Assembly (NCBI GenBank): GCA_964566135.1
Contig: CAZMHM010000002.1
Location: forward strand, 66,309 to 130,308
DNA from: an uncultured Candidatus Saccharibacteria bacterium
Lineage (GTDB): Bacteria; Patescibacteriota; Saccharimonadia; Saccharimonadales; CAIOMD01
Direction of reading: 5' to 3'
DNA length: 64,000 bases
The position numbers and the translations under genes are program-made. Under the pieces are notes generated by a model, which saw only the letters and a list, made by a program, of their open reading frames with translations, did not search any database and was not told the DNA's origin. Position 1 is the first letter of the stretch, and the number at the start of each line of letters is the position of its first letter. Positions 1 through 9,361 of this stretch are shown here, piece by piece.

Positions 1-176
1 TGGATTGCGTGTAGCTTTTCGCTAGCGGCTTTCACGGCGCGATCGGTCGCATCTTTAATGTCTTGTCGTGTTTCTTTACCGCTCTTTGGTGCGGTTAAGA
101 TTCCGGCTACATAGCCCGCAACTATACCTACTGCGAGGCCTAATGCTACGTTCTTTGCTGTATCTTGTTTGCTCAT
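1..176 (-). CDS. YtxH-like general stress protein (N-terminal part; gene runs off window start)
   Basis: Minus-strand ATG at 176 preceded by GGAGAT SD; translation MSKQDTAKNVALGLAVGIVAGYVAGILTAPKSGKETRQDIKD matches YtxH-family pattern; downstream of a DUF948-like gene as in ytxG-ytxH arrangement. Confidence 0.5.
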   Translation of the reverse strand, partial: MSKQDTAKNVALGLAVGIVAGYVAGILTAPKSGKETRQDIKDATDRAVKAASEKLHAI

Positions 177-193
177 CGTATATCTCCCTTAAC

Positions 194-445
194 TTATTTA
201 CGTCGTAAACCCTGTGCAGCACCCATTATCACTCGTAAAGCGGCTGCAGGACCTGCTGCCTCTTTAAGCGAAGTACTAAATGCTTCAATATCACTTGCTA
301 CAGATTCTGCACTATCAGCGATTCTATCTGCTTTGCGCAATAAACGAATAATAAGCGATGTTGCAATAATTGCAAGCACAAGAAATATCGCTAAAGTTAT
401 TGAAAGGATAATTACAAGTACTTGGTACGCTGTATCTGGTGTCAT
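194..445 (-). CDS. DUF948-like small membrane protein
   Basis: 83-aa ORF with N-terminal TM helix and coiled C-terminus; position upstream of YtxH-like gene. Confidence 0.45.
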   Translation of the reverse strand: MTPDTAYQVLVIILSITLAIFLVLAIIATSLIIRLLRKADRIADSAESVASDIEAFSTSLKEAAGPAAALRVIMGAAQGLRRK

Positions 446-464
446 AATGTGGTTATTATACCAC

Positions 465-1346
465 TTATTTTGAATTTAGTCTAGTGCTTAAATATTCTTT
501 AAAGGCTGGGCCTAATTTTGGGTCCGCAAGTGCATGATCGACGATTGCCCGTAGGTATCGAGCTTTATCACCAGCATCATGATAGACCCCGTCGATAAAT
601 CTCCCGTCAACCTTACCCTGCTGGGCTAATACATTAATGCTATCCGCGAGTACTAGTTCGCCACCGTGACCAGGGATTTCCTTGGAAACAACAGGTAATA
701 TATCAGGTGTAAGCAAGTAGCCGCCAACCGCCGCAAACAGCGATGGCGCTTTTTCTGGGCCTGGTTTTTCTACTAATTGCGCAACCTTAAATGAACGGTC
801 GCTCAATTTTTCACTGATATCAGCGATACCGTACTTAGATGTATCCTTGGGCTGCACCTCAATAAGTGAGATTACCGAGTTTCCTGTTTGGTTGTACACA
901 TCTAGTAATTGCTTAGCGTGTGGTACTTCGCTACGAAAGAAGTCATCCGCAAAGAACATAAAGAATGGCTCATCATCGCCGAGCAAGTGCGAAGCATTGA
1001 TAAGTGGACGGGCATTGCCTTTTGGCGAGCCCTTTTGGCGTAAATAGACAAAGTTGGCGAGCTCGGCAACTTTTTTAATCTCTTCGGCCAAATCATCCTT
1101 ACCCTTGGCGCGTAGCTCATTTTCAAGCTCATCGCTACGATCAAAGTGATCCTCTATCGCACGCTTCGTGCTACCGGTAACAATAATAATATCGGTTACG
1201 CCACTTGCTACGAGCTGTTCGACAATAATCTGGATAACTGGTTTATCAATGATTGGCAGCATTTCTTTAGGCATTGCCTTGGTCTGTGGCAAAAACCGCG
1301 TACCAAGTCCAGCAGCGGCGATAATTGCTTTAGTTGGTTGTTTCAT
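465..1346 (-). CDS. galU: UTP--glucose-1-phosphate uridylyltransferase
   Basis: AIIAAAGLGTRFLPQTKAMPKEMLPIIDKPVIQ nucleotidyltransferase motif; likely start at MKQPTK (internal ATG of listed ORF). Confidence 0.85.
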   Translation of the reverse strand: MKQPTKAIIAAAGLGTRFLPQTKAMPKEMLPIIDKPVIQIIVEQLVASGVTDIIIVTGSTKRAIEDHFDRSDELENELRAKGKDDLAEEIKKVAELANFVYLRQKGSPKGNARPLINASHLLGDDEPFFMFFADDFFRSEVPHAKQLLDVYNQTGNSVISLIEVQPKDTSKYGIADISEKLSDRSFKVAQLVEKPGPEKAPSLFAAVGGYLLTPDILPVVSKEIPGHGGELVLADSINVLAQQGKVDGRFIDGVYHDAGDKARYLRAIVDHALADPKLGPAFKEYLSTRLNSK

Positions 1347-1884
1347 GTTGAATCTCCAAAAGTCTGTCATACGCTAGCACCACTCCTGCAGTATCACTCA
1401 TTTTAAAATTTTTTGCGTTGAACAATAATGCATCAATCGTAATCTCGATTGGTTCCGTAAATTCGCCGTGGTCATTGGCGACTTCGGCAACTTTTATGCA
1501 GTCTAAAGCTAAAAAGTAATGGTTGTGAGAATTGCTATATGCATCCCGACATACATCACCAAGATACAAAACGCTGCCCTTCGGAGCGTAACCAGTCTCT
1601 TCAAGCAGTTCACGTAGCGCCGCCTCCTGCTTGTCTTCACCTGCTTCGAGACCTCCGCCGGGAAGTTCGTCAAATACACGCTCAGGGCCTGCCCTGAATT
1701 GCCTTGCAACTATCACATTATTGTTTGCAGTGAGCGCAATGACAGCAACATTATGTGAATCTTCTGGCGATATAGTGCCATATGTCACCACTGCACCATC
1801 TGGGTTTATGAAAGATTTTTCGACAATCGTACGGTAGGCGACACGCGCTACAGTAGTTGGCTCAACTCGCTTCCATGATTTCAT
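1330..1884 (-). CDS. NUDIX hydrolase
   Basis: Nudix box GGGLEAGEDKQEAALRELLEETG. Confidence 0.8.
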   Translation of the reverse strand: MKSWKRVEPTTVARVAYRTIVEKSFINPDGAVVTYGTISPEDSHNVAVIALTANNNVIVARQFRAGPERVFDELPGGGLEAGEDKQEAALRELLEETGYAPKGSVLYLGDVCRDAYSNSHNHYFLALDCIKVAEVANDHGEFTEPIEITIDALLFNAKNFKMSDTAGVVLAYDRLLEIQHETTN

Positions 1885-2447
1885 AACAAGTCCTTTTTGG
1901 GGTTGGTTTTTTCTTTGATGAACGCAAGAATTTTGTCAATGTTAGGCTGATATCCATTATTCGTATCTACCTCAAGCAATGGTAATTCTGTCGAAATTGG
2001 GCTAGCTGTATTACTAAGATTGCTATGATGAAATTTCGCCCTAGCTCTAAGCTCATCATCATTTAAAACTTTGCCTTTGTCGCCCCGTGAAAGCTCACGT
2101 TCCAAATGACGCTCAATCGGATTATCACAATACGTATGAATAATAACTATTCTTGCTTTTTGCGAAAGCTTGTCTAAAATATCTTGTTCGGAAATACCTT
2201 TTTGCAAAACGTGATCCACGACAATCGAAATACCATAATCTGCACACGCAAGTAACAGCGGTATAAATGCTTCATGCAAAGTTTTATGGCGGTCATTCGG
2301 CGCACCAATAGTTAGTTTTGCACCACCATGGACCAAGTCGCTCGAAATATGAGGAATATATAATTCTTTTGAAATACGCTCTGCGAGCGTTGTCTTACCT
2401 GAGCCCGGGGCGCCGCTCACATAGATAATGATTGGCAGTATTGCCAT
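1881..2447 (-). CDS. P-loop NTPase / small-molecule kinase-like ATPase
   Basis: Walker A GAPGSGKTT near N-terminus; 188 aa; overlapping stop/start with neighbours. Confidence 0.6.
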   Translation of the reverse strand: MAILPIIIYVSGAPGSGKTTLAERISKELYIPHISSDLVHGGAKLTIGAPNDRHKTLHEAFIPLLLACADYGISIVVDHVLQKGISEQDILDKLSQKARIVIIHTYCDNPIERHLERELSRGDKGKVLNDDELRARAKFHHSNLSNTASPISTELPLLEVDTNNGYQPNIDKILAFIKEKTNPKKDLL

Positions 2448-3904
2448 TACACCCCCAGTTGTTTTTTGATGAGTTCTTGGACTTTAGCTGGGTTAGCTCG
2501 GCCTTGGCTTAGCTTCATAACTTGCCCAACCAAAAAACCAATCGCTTTCATTTCACCAGCTCGCACATCATCGGCGGCTTTTTCATTTTCAGTCAGTACC
2601 TGCGTGACAATCATAACTAGTTCACCTTCGTCTGATACCTGCAGCAAATTTTTATCTTGTGCAAGCTTTTCGGGGTCAGAATTTTTTACTACAACTTCTG
2701 GTAATAGTTCTTTAGCTGCCGTAGAGCTTAGGCTATTCGCATCAACCATACTTGCCAATTTTACGAGTTGTTCAAGGCTATCAGCTACCTGCGCCCAAGT
2801 TAGCTGTTGTTCTGCAACGAGCCGCTGTAGCTCGCCAAGACACCAGTTGGCGATAGTTTTGGCAGCTTTGTCATCATGTGCTTCGGTTGTGTAGCGAATA
2901 ATCTCCGCTAGCTCTGGTTCTTCCAAAATCGTATTAATTTGTGAATTATCTAACCCAAATGCTGCAAACTTTTCACGTAAGACTGTGGGCAGCAGTGGCA
3001 TTGTTTCGGCAATAGTTGCGACTAATGATTTATCAATGCTGATTGGCGGAATATCTGGATCTGGAAAATAGCGATAATCGTGGGCGTCTTCTTTTGTTCG
3101 CTGGCTAAATGTTGCCTGCTTGGCATCATCCCAACCACGAGTTTCTTGTACAATCTTTTCACCTTTTTCGAGCAACGCAATCTGCCGTTTAACTTCGTAT
3201 TCAACAGCCTTTTCAACACTCTTAAAGCTATTGAGATTCTTTGTCTCGCTCCGCGTCCCGAGCACATCTTTATCTGCACTAACGCTCACATTAACGTCAA
3301 AACGCATATTACCGTGGTATAAATCCGCCTCTGAAACATCAGCATATTTCATTAGTAAGTACAATTCGTGGGCGTATGCCTTTGCTTCTGCGGCACTATG
3401 CATATCTGCTTCGGATACGATTTCGAGCAGTGGCGTGCCGGCACGGTTTAAATCAACTAACGAATAATCTTCGCCTGCGGGGTGTGTACTTTTACCGGCG
3501 TCTGCCTCGAGATGGGCACGCGTAATGCGAACAGTTACTGTGCTTCCATCATCGAGCGGTGCGTCCACGACGCCAACGCCAACAACTGGCCGTTCAAACT
3601 GTGTAATTTGATACCCTAGTGGTAAATCTGGGTAAAAATAATGCTTACGATCAAAATGACTGATCTCAGCAATTTCGGCTCGTAGCGCCAGACCTGCGCG
3701 AATCGCTAGGGTCACTGCTTCGCCATTAAGTACTGGTAATGTACCGGGTAAACCAACACACAACGGGCTAATCAATGTGTTTGGCTCTGCGTCACGGGCA
3801 TCATTATCAATGCCGGCGAACAACTTGGTTTTAGTTTTAAGCTGCACATGGCATTCGATACCAATTGTTGGATAGTATTTGCCGTTAAGTAGATACTTGT
3901 CCAT
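2447..3904 (-). CDS. gatB: Asp/Glu-tRNA(Asn/Gln) amidotransferase subunit B
   Basis: Full-length GatB-like sequence (YYPTIGIECHVQL..., C-terminal YqeY-like tail). Confidence 0.95.
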   Translation of the reverse strand: MDKYLLNGKYYPTIGIECHVQLKTKTKLFAGIDNDARDAEPNTLISPLCVGLPGTLPVLNGEAVTLAIRAGLALRAEIAEISHFDRKHYFYPDLPLGYQITQFERPVVGVGVVDAPLDDGSTVTVRITRAHLEADAGKSTHPAGEDYSLVDLNRAGTPLLEIVSEADMHSAAEAKAYAHELYLLMKYADVSEADLYHGNMRFDVNVSVSADKDVLGTRSETKNLNSFKSVEKAVEYEVKRQIALLEKGEKIVQETRGWDDAKQATFSQRTKEDAHDYRYFPDPDIPPISIDKSLVATIAETMPLLPTVLREKFAAFGLDNSQINTILEEPELAEIIRYTTEAHDDKAAKTIANWCLGELQRLVAEQQLTWAQVADSLEQLVKLASMVDANSLSSTAAKELLPEVVVKNSDPEKLAQDKNLLQVSDEGELVMIVTQVLTENEKAADDVRAGEMKAIGFLVGQVMKLSQGRANPAKVQELIKKQLGV

Positions 3905-4311
3905 TACAACACTCCCAAGTCTTTAAAGGTTTTGTAATAGCCTTGCAAGGCTACTTTCATCTCTTTTTCGGATGGTTCGTGCAATGTTTCGTGGACAATT
4001 TTGTTGCGTAATTTGTGAGCTTTCCAAACTTCATCTTTATGCTGCAACTTTGCTTTTGCGGCAACGAGCCGTTCAGCCATCGTATTGCCATAATAACCAA
4101 GACACTTTAAGGCTTCGTCAAGAAGTTTATCAGCGTGAATAATGCTCATGGGTTGCGTTTTTTTATCCTTAAACAGTAGCATGACGTCATTCCACTCGTT
4201 TTTGAAATGGGTTTTGTCAATACCACGAGCTGGGGTGCGATTTGTCAAACTAATAATGACAAGGATGACTACCGACAGAACAATAATCATGATGATAGTC
4301 GTTATGCTCAT
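3904..4311 (-). CDS. membrane-anchored small protein with C-terminal HEPN-like (Rx4H, DUF86/HepT-like LRNKIVHET) motif
   Basis: N-terminal TM helix (IIMIIVLSVVILVIISL); C-terminal KAHKLRNKIVHETLHE resembles HepT RNxxxHxY motif; start/stop overlap gatA and gatB. Confidence 0.55.
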   Translation of the reverse strand: MSITTIIMIIVLSVVILVIISLTNRTPARGIDKTHFKNEWNDVMLLFKDKKTQPMSIIHADKLLDEALKCLGYYGNTMAERLVAAKAKLQHKDEVWKAHKLRNKIVHETLHEPSEKEMKVALQGYYKTFKDLGVL

Positions 4312-5729
4312 TTTGTTAGCTCCTCGTATGCACTAGCAAAGCCGAGCAAAGCTTTATCTGCCCGTTGCGGTGCCATGAGCTGCAAGCCCACTGGTAAGCC
4401 GTCTGACTCACCGGCAGGAATACTTATTGCTGGAATACCTACCAGATTTACGGCTACAGTCATAATATCCGCAAGATACATCTGCAATGGGTCGTCAACA
4501 TTCACGCCAAGCTTAAATGCCGTCATCGGAGCAGTAGGGCCAAGTAGAAAATCAACGTGTTTAAAGGTTTCTGCAAATTCATTGATGAGTTTTGTACGAA
4601 CCGTCTGGGCTTTCTTGTAATACGCATCATAGTAGCCGCTACTTAACACATATGTACCAATCATAATGCGGCGTTTATTTTCGCTTTCAAAACCGCGTTC
4701 GCGGGCTAACTCGTAGCTTCCGTCTAAATCTTCGGCATCTGGCGCGGCGAGGCCATAACGCTGGCCATCGTAGCGGCTTAAATTACTACTGACTTCTGCT
4801 GGGACGATAATGTAATAACACGCCAGGGCTAGGCTAAGCGATGGCAGGCTTACCTCTACAATTTCGGCGCCAGCTTTTTTATATACGTCAATTGCCGACT
4901 CGATATTTTTCCGAACACCAGCATCTAGGCCATCACTAAAATATTCTTTGATAACACCGATTTTCTTACCCTTAATAGTGGTATCCAGCTCAGTGTAACT
5001 CGAGGCGTCTCGTTCGATAGTTGTGCCGTCACGACTATCGCGACCGCTCATAACATCGAGTACTAAAGCCGCATCTACAACCGAACGAGTTAGTGGGCCA
5101 ATGACGTCCGTTGAGCTTGCCATCGCTACCACACCATTACGCGAAACTAATCCATAGGTTGGCTTAAGGCCTACAATGCCACAAAAACTTGCTGGTAAGC
5201 GTATCGAACCACCAGTATCAGTACCAAGAGCAAACGGTGCCAACTCTAATGCTACTGCCGCACCTGAACCACCGGATGAACCGCCCGGAACACGCGTTTT
5301 GTCATGCGGGTTGAGTGTCGGGCCAAACGCACTGTTTTCGGTAGAAGAACCGTGTGCGAATGCATCAAGGTTTGCTTTTGCAACCATGATTGCGCCCTCG
5401 GCTTCTAGCTTCTCAATTGCGGTTGCCTGATATGGCGCTTCAAAGGGTTCTAAGATATGACTTGCTGCAGTTGTTTTGGTGCCGAATGTCAAAAAATTAT
5501 CTTTTGCTATAAATGGAATACCCGCTAAACGGCCGACAGCCTCGCCCCGAGCGATACGCGCGTCAACCTCTAGAGCTCTACTTTTCGCTCGTTCGGTCGC
5601 AGTTTGCAAAATTGCGTGATATTCACTCTTGGCATCAATAGCAGCAAGCGATTGTTCGACAAGTTGCACGGCACTCGTCTTGCCGCTTTGCACGTCAGAT
5701 ACTAAATGAGCAATTGGTTTCCAGCTCAT
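4308..5729 (-). CDS. gatA: Glu-tRNA(Gln) amidotransferase subunit A
   Basis: Amidase signature GGSSGGSGAAVA, catalytic Ser/Lys context. Confidence 0.95.
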   Translation of the reverse strand: MSWKPIAHLVSDVQSGKTSAVQLVEQSLAAIDAKSEYHAILQTATERAKSRALEVDARIARGEAVGRLAGIPFIAKDNFLTFGTKTTAASHILEPFEAPYQATAIEKLEAEGAIMVAKANLDAFAHGSSTENSAFGPTLNPHDKTRVPGGSSGGSGAAVALELAPFALGTDTGGSIRLPASFCGIVGLKPTYGLVSRNGVVAMASSTDVIGPLTRSVVDAALVLDVMSGRDSRDGTTIERDASSYTELDTTIKGKKIGVIKEYFSDGLDAGVRKNIESAIDVYKKAGAEIVEVSLPSLSLALACYYIIVPAEVSSNLSRYDGQRYGLAAPDAEDLDGSYELARERGFESENKRRIMIGTYVLSSGYYDAYYKKAQTVRTKLINEFAETFKHVDFLLGPTAPMTAFKLGVNVDDPLQMYLADIMTVAVNLVGIPAISIPAGESDGLPVGLQLMAPQRADKALLGFASAYEELTK

Positions 5730-6019
5730 CCAATCATCCTCTTAACTTTAAACTGTCCATCTTGCTGTTGTGGTGCATTTTTAAGCAAGTCACTTGGCGT
5801 AACTTCGTAGTTAATAAGCTCATCTGCGCGAACGACATTCATGAGGCCTGTTACTTGACTAGTTGGTTCTAGACCACTGACGTCAACATCTTGCAGTTGC
5901 TCGACGTATGCCAAGATTTCACTCAGCTCATTTTGGTACCGAGCTACTTCATCATCAGTCAATCGTAAACGGCACAAGCGAGCAAGCTTACGAATATCCG
6001 CAGCACTAAATTTTGTCAT
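5726..6019 (-). CDS. gatC: Glu-tRNA(Gln) amidotransferase subunit C
   Basis: 97 aa, LARLCRLRLTDDEVARYQNELSEILAYVEQL typical GatC. Confidence 0.9.
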   Translation of the reverse strand: MTKFSAADIRKLARLCRLRLTDDEVARYQNELSEILAYVEQLQDVDVSGLEPTSQVTGLMNVVRADELINYEVTPSDLLKNAPQQQDGQFKVKRMIG

Positions 6020-6069
6020 CTCTACTAGTATAAAATGGCAGTGATTGTAACGCTAGAGAAAAATTAATT

Positions 6070-8040
6070 TTACAACTTAGCTTTGATGCTCTGAATTAAA
6101 TCACGTAAATCCGCTGCTTTTTCAAATTCGAGATTAGCCGCGGCTAAGTCCATTTGTGCAGTTAAGTCCGCTATAAGCGTGCCATATTCATCTTTCGGAA
6201 TCTTATCAAGATTGAGCTTAGCAGTTTTAGCTTCCTTGCTTTCTGCCCCGACTACCGAACGCAAACTTTCATCAATATTTTTTAAGATTCCAACAGGGGT
6301 AATATCGTGCTTTGCGTTATATGATTCTTGAATTGCTCTACGACGATTCGTTTCGCCAATTGCGCGTTGCATACTGCCTGTTTCGTGGTCGGCATACATA
6401 ATTACTGTGCCTTCAACATGGCGTGCGGCGCGGCCAATAGTCTGGATTAGTGCTGGTTCGCTGCGCAAGAAGCCTTCTTTGTCGGCATCTAAAATTGCAA
6501 CAAGGCTTACTTCGGGCAAATCAAGACCTTCACGAAGCAAGTTAATGCCCACAAGAACATCGTAAATACCAAGTCGCAAGTCACGCAAAATATCAGTACG
6601 TTCTAAAGTATCAACATCGCTGTGGAGATATTGCACTTTTATACCAAGTTCTTCGAGATATTCAGTTAAATCTTCTGACATTCGTTTTGTTAGTGTCGTA
6701 ACAAGCACACGCTGATGTTTTTCAATTCGAATACGGATTTCCGCAATCAAATCATCGACCTGGCCGTCAACGGGCCGCACTTCAATCTTAGGGTCAATGA
6801 GCCCTGTTGGACGGATAACTTGCTCGATTGGCGTCCCCGAATGACTCAGCTCGTATTCTGCCGGTGTTGCAGAAACATAGATAGCTTGGTTAATATGGCG
6901 TTCAAACTCAGTGAATGTCAGGGGGCGATTATCGAGCGCGCTCGGCAAGCGAAAACCGTGTTCAACAAGCACCTCCTTACGGGCGCGGTCACCGTTATAC
7001 ATGCCACGTACTTGCGGCAAGGTCATATGGCTTTCATCTACCATCAACAAATAATCATCAGGAAAATAATCCATGAGGGTAGCAGGTTGATCGCCTGGTT
7101 CACGGTTTGTAAGGTATCGGCTATAGTTTTCGATTCCTTTTACAAAGCCAGTTTCCTCGAGCATTTCTAAATCGAACTTGGTACGTTGCTCAAGCCTTTG
7201 CGCCTCTAGTAGCTGTGAGTTCTTTTTGTAATAGACTAGTCGTTCTTCGAGCTCTTGCTGAATTTTTCCAAGCGCTGCTTTAAGCTTCTCGTGAGGCGTC
7301 ACATAGTGGCTACCGGGGAATATCGTATATTCATTAATGGTTGCCTCAATTTCGCCGGTTAAGGGATTAATGCGCGTAATGCGATCAATTTCGTCACCAA
7401 AAAACTCAATACGGTAGGCCACTTCTTCGCCGGTTGGGAAAACATCCACTACATCACCACGCACCCGAAACGTACTACGAGTAAAGGCAACGTCATTGCG
7501 TTTATATTGAATATCCGTAAGCTGCCGCAAAAATTTATCACGCACACGACGCTCGCCAGTTTTAACAGTGATAGCCATCGCACCATAATCATCAACTGAG
7601 CCAATGCCATAAATACAGCTCACACTTGCAACTATGATGACATCTCGTCGGCTTAGTAGCGCACTGGTAGCAGCATGACGCAAGCGATCGATTTCTTCAT
7701 TGATTTGGCTGTCTTTTTCGATATATGTGTCGCTACGAGCAATATAGGCTTCTGGCTGATAGTAGTCAAAGTAACTAACAAAGTAATGAACCTCGTTATC
7801 AGGAAAAAAGTTTTTGAATTCGTTATATAGCTGAGCGGCCAAAGTTTTGTTATGTGCCAAAATAAGCGTCGGCTTTTGTGTCGCCTGAATAACATTGGCC
7901 ATCGTAAAGGTTTTACCCGAGCCAGTGACGCCTAAGAGCACCTGCTCTTTTTGCCCATTAGTAATACCGGCAACCAATGCCTTGATTGCTTTTGGCTGAT
8001 CGCCAGTTGGCTGATATTCGGTCTTAAGTGAAAACTGCAT
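6070..8040 (-). CDS. uvrB: excinuclease ABC subunit B
   Basis: GVTGSGKTF Walker A, helicase motifs, C-terminal UVR coiled-coil ([14 protein letters not shown]). Confidence 0.95.
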   Translation of the reverse strand: MQFSLKTEYQPTGDQPKAIKALVAGITNGQKEQVLLGVTGSGKTFTMANVIQATQKPTLILAHNKTLAAQLYNEFKNFFPDNEVHYFVSYFDYYQPEAYIARSDTYIEKDSQINEEIDRLRHAATSALLSRRDVIIVASVSCIYGIGSVDDYGAMAITVKTGERRVRDKFLRQLTDIQYKRNDVAFTRSTFRVRGDVVDVFPTGEEVAYRIEFFGDEIDRITRINPLTGEIEATINEYTIFPGSHYVTPHEKLKAALGKIQQELEERLVYYKKNSQLLEAQRLEQRTKFDLEMLEETGFVKGIENYSRYLTNREPGDQPATLMDYFPDDYLLMVDESHMTLPQVRGMYNGDRARKEVLVEHGFRLPSALDNRPLTFTEFERHINQAIYVSATPAEYELSHSGTPIEQVIRPTGLIDPKIEVRPVDGQVDDLIAEIRIRIEKHQRVLVTTLTKRMSEDLTEYLEELGIKVQYLHSDVDTLERTDILRDLRLGIYDVLVGINLLREGLDLPEVSLVAILDADKEGFLRSEPALIQTIGRAARHVEGTVIMYADHETGSMQRAIGETNRRRAIQESYNAKHDITPVGILKNIDESLRSVVGAESKEAKTAKLNLDKIPKDEYGTLIADLTAQMDLAAANLEFEKAADLRDLIQSIKAKL

Positions 8041-8134
8041 CTCTACTAGTATAGATTATTGACTAAATAATAGTAATATGGCACTATAAACATCTGTCCT
8101 TCCCCCTTCCCCAGGCAAGAGAAAGGAACCGGAC

Positions 8135-8587
8135 ATGACAGCTCTGCAGGACGACATCTTCAGGCCTGACCCTCCCACCACGGAGAGCATGGGCAAGTCC
8201 AAGAACAAGGACAAGCCCAAGCGCGTCTGGCCCAAGAGGCTCTTCCAGATCATCGGCATCGCAGCGCTCATCGCAGCGGTCGTCTGGCTGACCACCGGCC
8301 TCATCACCAGCAAGACCGTCACCCTCGAGAAGGCCATCACCAACGCCGGCTTCGAGAACGTCACGATCTACCCCGCTGACACGAGCAAGCAGACGGTTGC
8401 CTCGGCCACCGCGAGCTACGGCAGCTGCCAGCTGCGATTCATCATCGCAACGCAGGAGCTGTCCGGCGGTCAGGGAACCATCGAACGCCTCGCCATCGTG
8501 GAAAGCGACGGCAAGCTCGTGTTCGATGCCACACCCACCGAGCTGAGCAGCATGGAGCGCTACGCTCCGTGCACGGCCAGCAGCTAG
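8135..8587 (+). CDS. hypothetical single-pass membrane protein encoded in high-GC island
   Basis: RBS GAAAGGAA 8 nt upstream of ATG; TM helix LFQIIGIAALIAAVVWLTTGLI; extreme GC3 bias; no recognisable family. Confidence 0.7.
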   Translation: MTALQDDIFRPDPPTTESMGKSKNKDKPKRVWPKRLFQIIGIAALIAAVVWLTTGLITSKTVTLEKAITNAGFENVTIYPADTSKQTVASATASYGSCQLRFIIATQELSGGQGTIERLAIVESDGKLVFDATPTELSSMERYAPCTASS

Positions 8588-8592
8588 CCCGA

Positions 8593-8640
8593 GTACGGGC
8601 CCCGACCATCACTGGTCCGGGGCCCGTACGGGGCTCTTTT
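8593..8640 (+). terminator. GC-rich rho-independent terminator
   Basis: GTACGGGCCCCGACC/GGTCCGGGGCCCGTAC ~15-bp stem followed by CTCTTTTC. Confidence 0.6.
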
Positions 8641-8643
8641 CAT

Positions 8644-9351
8644 TTATGGGTTAGGATTCACGTAGGTTCCGCCGTCTTGCGTACAGTAATAACTAGCACC
8701 CTGTGGTATATCTAGATCATTAGTCACGGTACATGGCGGAAGCACATTACCGCTAAAAGCAATTGCCCAAGTAGCGCCAAATTTCTTCAAAATTGCTGTA
8801 TCCGTCCCATTGCAGGTTCGCTTAACAACTGCATAGGCATCATAAATCACGCTTTTTAACTCATATCCAACGTCGCTGCTAATCTTTCCGTTCACCGTAC
8901 ATTGTTTTTTAAACGTTTTATAGTCATCCATGATAAATTTCTGTAAATCGACCGGTGCACTCTGAAAATTGATGATTTCGCTAGCTCGTTGTTTTTTCGT
9001 ACCAATAATACGAATTAAGTCTGCCTCTGTTTTTGCAGCGATAAACATACCATTAGCCGTCTTTGCACTAGCTTGTAATGATTTATTTGTTTCGAGTATC
9101 GATTGTTTTACAACTATCCACGTTATAGCGACCGCAATGCTAAGCGTAGCTACAACCACCATTACAAACACTGAACGCCTAACACGTATTCGGGCATATT
9201 TTTTTATATGCACTTTTGGCTTGGATTTTTTTACTTTCTTTTTGGGTGCAGGTTTAGGTACGCTAACTTTTTTTGGACGCGCAACATAAACTTCTTCGGG
9301 TTGTAGCCGTACTTTTTTTCTATTGTTCTTGGCGCTTTTTCTAGTGGCCAT
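8644..9351 (-). CDS. hypothetical membrane protein with Lys-rich N-terminus and Cys-containing extracytoplasmic domain
   Basis: Basic N-terminus (PKPAPKKKVKKSKPKVHIKK), one TM helix, 6 Cys in C-terminal domain. Confidence 0.7.
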   Translation of the reverse strand: MATRKSAKNNRKKVRLQPEEVYVARPKKVSVPKPAPKKKVKKSKPKVHIKKYARIRVRRSVFVMVVVATLSIAVAITWIVVKQSILETNKSLQASAKTANGMFIAAKTEADLIRIIGTKKQRASEIINFQSAPVDLQKFIMDDYKTFKKQCTVNGKISSDVGYELKSVIYDAYAVVKRTCNGTDTAILKKFGATWAIAFSGNVLPPCTVTNDLDIPQGASYYCTQDGGTYVNPNP

Positions 9352-9361
9352 TACGTTATAC

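Larger units (their letters stand above)
8095..8640. other. high-GC compositional island (foreign-looking insertion with own RBS, ORF and GC-rich terminator)
   Basis: GC jumps from ~45% to >60%; GC3 of contained ORF ~90%. Confidence 0.7.

Noticed and set aside
165-473. 102-aa + strand ORF
   Set aside because: Fully antisense to the better-supported DUF948-like minus-strand gene; no RBS; low-complexity translation.
8056-8364. 102-aa minus-strand ORF in the high-GC island
   Set aside because: Antisense shadow ORF typical of high-GC DNA; overlaps the + strand gene that has an RBS and terminator.
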